A stretch of 26,903 nt of DNA from Chiloscyllium plagiosum (taxonomy: Eukaryota), in contig NC_057720.1 in NCBI RefSeq assembly GCF_004010195.1, forward strand, positions 11,697,510-11,724,412. The letters are read 5' to 3'. Below the pieces are notes generated by a model that saw nothing but the letters and a program-made list of their open reading frames with translations, was not told where the DNA came from and ran no database searches. Both the position numbers and the translations under genes were made by a program. This document shows, piece by piece, positions 21,187-26,903 of this stretch (within the stretch, counting starts at the first letter, position 1; every line of letters starts with the position of its first letter).

Positions 21187-22015
21187 TGGTCAGCTTCGAG
21201 TATCTGGAGTAGGACATGGAGCTAAACATTCCGACTCAGAGACTGAAACACTGAGGTTACACCAACAGCATCAACAGGGTCCATCTGGGTACCACAGATA
21301 TTCCTTAGGACTGTCAAAATAAATAATGTGAAATAACTGTCAGTTACAACTCTGCTGACAAACTTGGATGCCATCTGTCTGCTCCCCTTTCGTTCCCCCA
21401 CCCCATTTTCATTCTACCCCACGTGCCTATAAGAAAAAGGAGGAAATCCTTGCATTTATATAGCATCTTTCAAGGGTACCAGACAGCCAAAGCATTTCAC
21501 AGTTCATGAAGGCTGAGTATAGTCACTGTTCTGCATCAAACTGATTGAGAAACAACTTTGAAAACAAATTAGAGCCACTGCAACTCAACATATTAAGCCT
21601 CATAATTTTCCTTGAAATGAGATTCTGAATTTAATTTGAGGACGATGTTCATATCCCAGTTGATCCACAACCTCATTAGTACGGTGCCAATTTGATTAAC
21701 CGCAGCCAGCTGGGCTCACTGGAGTAGCTACTCCAGATTGTTTAATCCTTCTGTCCTTTATAACGCATCACCAGAACCACAATCTTTAAAAAGTAAATTA
21801 TTTATAAACTTTCAGTGTTTTTGGAGGACCTTACATTATCTAATTATTCCAGAACACGGGTTGTAGCTAGGATGGAACAGTGTGAACTTCACGTATGTGC
21901 TGTCACGTTCACACATTTTGTGTTTTCCTCCAGCATTAGGTCAGCAATTTATCTCAGGTACTCAAAGCTTGTATCTGTTTTTAATAGAATTATTTTGTTT
22001 CCAGTACAATTATGC

Positions 22016-22332
22016 TGAGTGGCTGACTGGTTAGCACAGCAGCATCAAAGCACCAGAGACCCAGGTTTGATTCCAGCCTCGGGTGACTATCTACATGGAG
22101 TTTGCACATTCACCCCATGTCTGTGTAGGTTTCCTCCCACAATCCAAAGATGTGCAGGTTAGGTAGATCGGCCATGCTCAATTGCCCACAGCAGCCAAAG
22201 ATGTGGGTTAGACATGGGAAATGCAAGGATAGGATGGGGGGGGCTGGGGCTGGGCGGGATGGTCTTTGAAGGGTCAACGCAGACTCAATGGGCTGAATGG
22301 CCTCTTTCCACTCTGTGGGGATTCTATGATTT
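22016..22332 (+). mobile_element. HE1-like V-SINE
   Basis: B box GGTTTGATTCC, V-domain with a short deletion, and tail GGGATTCTATGATT. Confidence 0.87.
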
Positions 22333-23149
22333 TCAAAAGGTGTTCAATACTTATGCTTCCCTCACAGTTCCACTTGGTTGAACAATTGATGTTTAAGGCA
22401 AATTCCAGAACAGTCTATTGAGAATTTTGTTTTTCTCTCTGCTCCTCAATATATGGAGTGATGGGTGCAGGACTTCCATCCTTTTCTACTTTAGCCAACA
22501 TAGTGTCTGTAGCAACATTACTAGGACAGGTACAGCAGGTACCTTGTATTTGACACAATGAAACATAGCAGAGTGGTTCACTTGCACGTTATAAAACCTG
22601 ATTACACATCCAGCCTGTAAAGATATGAGGGTGGGTAAGCTCGACAAGTTTAGGAACATAATTCCAGAGCATGAGATCTAGGAAGCTGAACACATGACTG
22701 CTAAGGATGATGAAGGCCAGAGTTAGAGACCTGCAGATATTTTGGATGGTTGTTAGGACTAGATGGTATGGGGAGCAAAATAACTTGAAAAACAGGAGGA
22801 GAAATGATCATTTAAAATGAGAATAGTGCTATGATTGCAAACAGACTGGTTCTGCTAAGGTGGTTACAAGGGAGAGAAGCAAAGTCGCTGACTACAGAGC
22901 AGTGTTTATGGCACTGATGGAAGATAATGGCTACCACCTTCCCGAAATATAAGTGGAGGATATTTCTGCACATCCAGCATTAGATCTCAGACAGACAAGA
23001 GGGTTTGAGATAGGTGGCAATGAGGTAGAGCTAGATGCATCATTGTCCATTTGGATGTTGACAGATGTTTGGAAGTTGTAACTGAGAGGCAGCAAATAAA
23101 TTGGAATTAAGATAGAACCAGCAAATCCTTGGGGATATAAAAGGTAATG

Positions 23150-23354
23150 AGCTGAAAATGTGTTGCTCGAAAAGCGCAGCAGGTCAGGCAGCATCCAGGG
23201 AACAGGAGAATCGACGTTTCGGGCATAAACCCTTCTTCCTTATGCCCGAAACGTCGATTCTCCTGTTCCCTGGATGCTGCCTGACCTGCTGCGCTTTTCC
23301 AGCAACACATTTTCAGCTCTGATCTCCAGCATCTGCAGACCTCACTTCCTTCCT
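23150..23354. mobile_element. Penelope-type hairpin element (family B termini only)
   Basis: About 80-bp inverted arms, an approximately 34-nt tail and a perfect 16-bp TSD GATATAAAAGGTAATG (23134-23149 / 23355-23370). The hammerhead CUGANGA is truncated at the inversion point. Confidence 0.9.
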
Positions 23355-23544
23355 GATATAAAAGGTAATGCTGAGGGTGCAGGAAGAGAAGCAAATGCTA
23401 GTAGTTCTGTTGCTCCACTTGGATACAAATGGAGCTGGAATAGTACCCTGATCAGTAAAAATCCCTCCAACAACATAAAACAGATTATCAAATCGCTATT
23501 GAATTGTTAACCAATTAAAAGGTAACAGCAACACAGTTTTATCA

Positions 23545-23730
23545 GACCATTGGACTGCTCTCTCTCTCTCTCTCTCTCTTTAAACAACTGGTGGTGGTTT
23601 AACCTGAGAGTCATCATGACTCAGGTGAGGAGAGAGACTAAGAAGGATAGTCCTTCCCTCAGTCAGTGGGAGAATTTGAACCCACACTGTTGGCATCACA
23701 AACCAGCTGGCCAGCCAACTGAGCTAACCA
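23545..23730 (-). mobile_element. tRNA-derived SINE, another family, with (GA)n stretch
   Basis: Minus strand head GGTTAGCTCAGTTGG...GGGTTCAAATTC. (CT)11 at 23558-23579. Confidence 0.6.
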
Positions 23731-23734
23731 AATT

Positions 23735-24270
23735 ATGTGCAATTCTGGTCTCCCTTCTATCAGAAGGATGTTGTGAAACTTGAAAGAGTTCAGAAAAGAT
23801 TTATAAGGATGTTGCTAGGGTTGGATGTTTTGAGTTATAGAGAGAGGTTGAATAGGCTGGGGCTGTTTTCGCTGGAGTGTCAGAGGCTGAGGTGACCTTA
23901 TAGAGATTTATAAACTCATGAGGGGCATGAATAGGTTAAATAGACAAGGTCTTTTCCCTGGGATGAGGGAGTCCAGGACTAGAAGGCAGAGGTTTAAGGT
24001 GAGAGGGGAAAGATCTAAAAGGGACCTAAGGGGCAACTTTTTCACGCAGAGGGTGGTACGTGTATGGAATGAACTGCCAGAGGAAGTGGTGGAGGCTGGT
24101 ACAATTGCAACATTTAAGAAACATTTGGATGGATATATGTATAGGATGGGTTTGGAGTGATATGGGCTGGGTGCTGGCAGGTGGGACTAGATTGGGTTGG
24201 GATATCTGTTGGCATGGACGGGTTGGACCAAAGGGTCTGTTTCCATACTGTACATCTCTATGACTCTATG
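23735..24270 (+). mobile_element. HER1/CR1-like LINE 3' fragment
   Basis: CVQFWSP-like start, ERVQKRFIRML, RGNFFTQRVVRVWNELPEEVVEAG and tail CTCTATGACTCTATG. A second tail-only copy lies at 24378-24432. Confidence 0.92.
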
Positions 24271-24519
24271 TTCTCTTTGTATTACTGATACTGTTTTCTT
24301 AACTATTTTAATTTCAGTAACTAATTAGTTTAATCATTTATAAAATATTATATTAAAATTTATTTTAGTAACTAATCAGCATGGACTAGTTGGACCGAAG
24401 GGTCTGTTTCCTTGTTGTACATCTCTATGACTATCACTTCCATAAATGCTGGCTATTCGACTACAGAGTACATCGTCACCAACAGGTTCTCGTATCAATC
24501 GGATTTAAAGGAGAGTCCA

Positions 24520-24900
24520 GCTTCCCGCCCCCCACCTCCAACCGTAACCATCTCGGGCAGGTTGGGAGAAGCGGGAGCCCCGTGGATGCACACTCCCCCC
24601 ACACACAGGGCCAGGGCCCCGGGAGGCGCTTCGACCTCTCACCCGCCCCCGGGGCAGCCCGCAGCCTCTCGGCGGGGTCGCGGGGTCTCCCCTCCCCATT
24701 CTACCTGCACTCCTTCCGCCCCAGGAGCGCCGCGGCTGGCGAGCAGAACCAAAACAATCCCAAGGCTCCACAGAGAGAGCGGCGGCTTCCACCCGGCACT
24801 GGGGGCCGCCATCTTTACCGGAAATGGCTCCGGCGCTGTGTGAATGTCCGGGTACCAACAGCCTCCCCCGGCCAACGGTTCCGGATTCCTGCCCATTCAT
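24520..24900 (-). promoter_or_regulatory. CpG-island, TATA-less housekeeping-type promoter/first exon region of PIGK
   Basis: The only strongly GC/CpG-rich stretch in the window. YY1-type motif GCCGCCATCTT (24805-24815) overlaps the start codon. ETS-type CCGGAA cores at 24818-24823 (+) and 24879-24884 (-). Confidence 0.75.
24705..24812 (-). CDS. PIGK: PIGK coding exon 1 (signal peptide), MAAPSAGWKPPLSLWSLGIVLVLLASRGAPGAEGVQ
   Basis: ATG in strong context AAGATGG inside a CpG-rich island. 36 codons with a hydrophobic core (LSLWSLGIVLVLLA). Donor CAG|gtagaa in phase 0, matching exon 2. The sequence is divergent, so the call rests on position, phase and signal-peptide character. Confidence 0.85.
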
Positions 24901-24994
24901 TCCACTCTGTAAACAGTAATGTCCCACCGCTATCCTCCTGCATAGTATACAATACAATAGCAACCATTGAACTTCTTCTCTGTGATGCATGCAG

Positions 24995-25330
24995 AGGGGC
25001 AATGGCCTAGAGGTATTGTCACTACACTATTAATCTAGAGACCCAGGTAATGGCTGAGAGAATAAAAACCGAAAGAACTGCAGGTGCTGTAAATCAGAAA
25101 CAAAGACAGAAATTGCTGGAAAATCTCAGCAGGACTGGCAGCAACTGTGGAGAGAAATCAGTGTTAATCCTTCATTCAGTGACCTGAGGAAGAGTTACAA
25201 GACCCAAAACATTAACTCTGATTTCTCGTCACAGAAGCTGTCAAACCTGCTGAGCTTTTCCAGCAATTTCTGCCAATGTCTTAGGGACCCAGCGTCAAAT
25301 CCCATCATGGCAAAAGGTGTCATGATCATT
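24995..25330 (+). mobile_element. Second-family SINE head split by a family D hairpin element
   Basis: GGGGCAATGGCCTAG...GACCCAGGTAATG [insert] AATGTCTTAGGGACCCAGCGTCAAATCCC. Confidence 0.65.
25056..25272. mobile_element. Penelope-type hairpin element, family D, with decayed hammerhead motif
   Basis: Arms CAGAAATTGCTGGAAAA.CTCAGCAGG / CCTGCTGAGCTTTTCCAGCAATTTCTG with the tail on the left. Motif CTGAGGA-A-GAGTT-ACAA-GACCC-AAAACATT-AAC at 25184-25216. Confidence 0.75.
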
Positions 25331-25404
25331 GAATGGTTGAAATTTAATCTAATATCTCATGCCCAATAGCTTATTCTGGGTCTTAACCCTAACTGCTCGA
25401 CCAT

Positions 25405-25728
25405 CCAGTGTGGAAACAGGCTATTCGGTCCATCAGGTCCACACAGACTGTCCGAAGAGCATCCTACCCAGAGCCACAGCTCCCTACCCTGCATTCCACA
25501 TGGCTAATCCAGCTAGACCGCACATCCCTGGATACAATGGATGATTTACAATGGCCAATACACCAAACCTGCACATCTTCGGATTGTGGGAGGAAACCGG
25601 AGCAGCAGAGGAAACCCACACAGACACAGGAGAACTGCAAACTCCACACAGATAGTTGCCCAAGAGTGGCATCAGACCTGAGTCCTGGCATTGAGAGGCA
25701 GCAGTGCTAACCACTGAGCCACCATGCC
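25405..25728 (-). mobile_element. HE1-like V-SINE
   Basis: Reverse complement of 118-431 (GTGCTAACCACTGAGCCACC; CAAACTCCACACAGA). Confidence 0.88.
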
Positions 25729-25729
25729 T

Positions 25730-25880
25730 TAGATTCAAGACAAAGGTGTGTTGACACCTAGAAGGAGAAGGGCAGCAGATCCACGGGAACACCAGTAGCT
25801 ACAGGAGTTCCCTACCCACCGTCCTGACTTGGAAATATATCAACATTGCCTCAGTGTCGCTGAGTCAAAGTCCTGGAATT
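25730..25880 (+). mobile_element. L2/CR1-like LINE 3' UTR fragment
   Basis: Matches 9060-9180 (GCAGCAGAT...GGGAACACC...GACTTGGAAA...CAGTGTCGCTGAGTCAAAGTCCTGGAA). Confidence 0.6.
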
Positions 25881-25947
25881 TTTGTAGTTAGGTCATCTGT
25901 GTAATGTTTGAAGCACAGCTCCCTATTAGTGCAAAGGAAGCATCAAA

Positions 25948-26200
25948 TAGAGCAAAAAACCGAAAGAACTGCGGATGCTGGAAATCTGAAACAAAAGCAG
26001 AGATTTCTGGAGAAACTCAGCAGGTCTGGCAGCACCTTTGAAGAGAAAACTTATCAGGTGCAGTCACCCTTCTTCAAAATTAACTGGGTAATATGATTTT
26101 ATTATAAAATTTGTAAATTTGGGTACTGTTCAGCAGGCTGGGTAGCTTCTGTGAGGAAAAATAGAGTTAATGTTATAAGTTGATGACCTGTCATCAGAAC
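25948..26200 (-). mobile_element. Family D-related PLE terminal fragments
   Basis: AAAAACCGAAAGAACTGCGGATGCTGGAAATC...CTCAGCAGGTCTGGCAGCA, as at 25064-25143. Degenerate minus-strand GTT-CTGATGA-C-AGGT at 26200-26165. Confidence 0.6.
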
Positions 26201-26212
26201 CTTAGCTTAGAT

Positions 26213-26695
26213 AATGAGAAATAGGAGCAGGAGTAGGCCATTGTCTTTCAGGTCAGCTACATCATTCAGTAAGATCTTGGCTGATCTGATTGTGGCCTCA
26301 ACTCCATTTTCCTCATTGAACTCCCCAGCCCCATAATTCCCCTTTGTCAATCAGAAATCTATCTAACCCAACCTTCAACACAGTCAATGACCCACCTTCC
26401 ACGGGTCACTGGGGAAGAGTCCCTTAACCCTCTGAGAGAAGAAAATCCTCCTCATTTCAACCTTAAAAAGGAGGTCTTGTATTTTTGACTGTTCTAAGCT
26501 CACCACAAGGGGAAAGATCCTTCAAGAATTCAAGGTTTGTCAAGGTTGTGATCACAGAATTGTTCCAGAAGCTATTCAGCCCTACACCAATGTTATTACT
26601 TAGTGACAATCCCTTGCGTTTCTCCCCATACACCTGCACACTGCTTCTATGCAAATAATGATCCAATTCCTTCTTGAATGCCTCACTTGAACCTG
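26213..26695 (-). mobile_element. CR1-like LINE 3' fragments (two adjacent)
   Basis: ATAGGAGCAGGAGTAGGCC is the reverse of the 2770-2790 tail. Minus strand AGSSEAFKKELDHYL. Confidence 0.65.
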
Positions 26696-26698
26696 CCC

Positions 26699-26903
26699 CA
26701 AACCCACCGACTCCCACAGTTACCCGGATTACACCTCTTCCCACCCTACCTCCTGCAAAAATGCCATCCCGTATTCCCAATTCCTCCACCGTATCTGCTC
26801 CCAGGAGGACCAGTTCCACCACAGAACACACCAGATGGCCTCCTTTTTTAGAGACCGCAATTTCCCTTCCCACGTGGTTAAAGATGCCCTCCAATGCATC
26901 TCG
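26699..26903 (+). mobile_element. Penelope-like element RT C-terminal fragment (family B-like), runs off the right edge
   Basis: KPTDSHSYPDYTSSHPTSCKNAIPYSQFLHRICSQEDQFHHRTHQMASFFRDRNFPSHVVKDALQCIS. It is homologous to 17770-17895 (-). Confidence 0.85.

Noticed and set aside
24813..24896. In-frame upstream ATG giving a 28-aa N-terminal extension of PIGK
   Set aside because: It lies among promoter motifs, probably upstream of the TSS, and would displace the signal peptide. CAGE or Ribo-seq would be needed to support it.
24390..25010. Long ORFs of 206, 143 and 165 aa over the CpG island
   Set aside because: They reflect stop-codon scarcity in GC-rich sequence, start in a LINE tail or SINE, and have no recognisable domain. 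Only 24812-24705 (-) fits the PIGK model.

Overview
Eukaryotic (vertebrate) genomic DNA, most likely an elasmobranch/shark as inferred from HE1-like V-SINEs and HER1/CR1-like LINEs. It holds the 5' part of PIGK (GPI transamidase catalytic subunit, peptidase C13 family) on the minus strand. There is a CpG-rich promoter at about 24.5-24.9 kb and coding exons 1-6 (24812-24705, 18664-18611, 14709-14618, 11147-11012, 9952-9841, 3193-3097), all with GT-AG boundaries and splicing into one 599-nt open frame. Exon 7 onward lies off the left edge. Introns and flanks are packed with CR1/L2-type LINE fragments, four SINE types and Penelope-like elements (PLEs), often nested, and almost all track ORFs are by-products of these repeats. 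The most notable hidden structure is a set of at least four different PLE-type families, mostly present as inverted-repeat (hairpin) insertions with a 34-39 nt single-sided tail. Each family carries a minimal hammerhead ribozyme motif (CUGANGA-N-stem II-GAAA-palindromic stem III-UH) with a different, self-complementary stem II. Two copies look catalytically intact and are in the sense orientation of the PIGK pre-mRNA. All calls were made by eye, without database searches.
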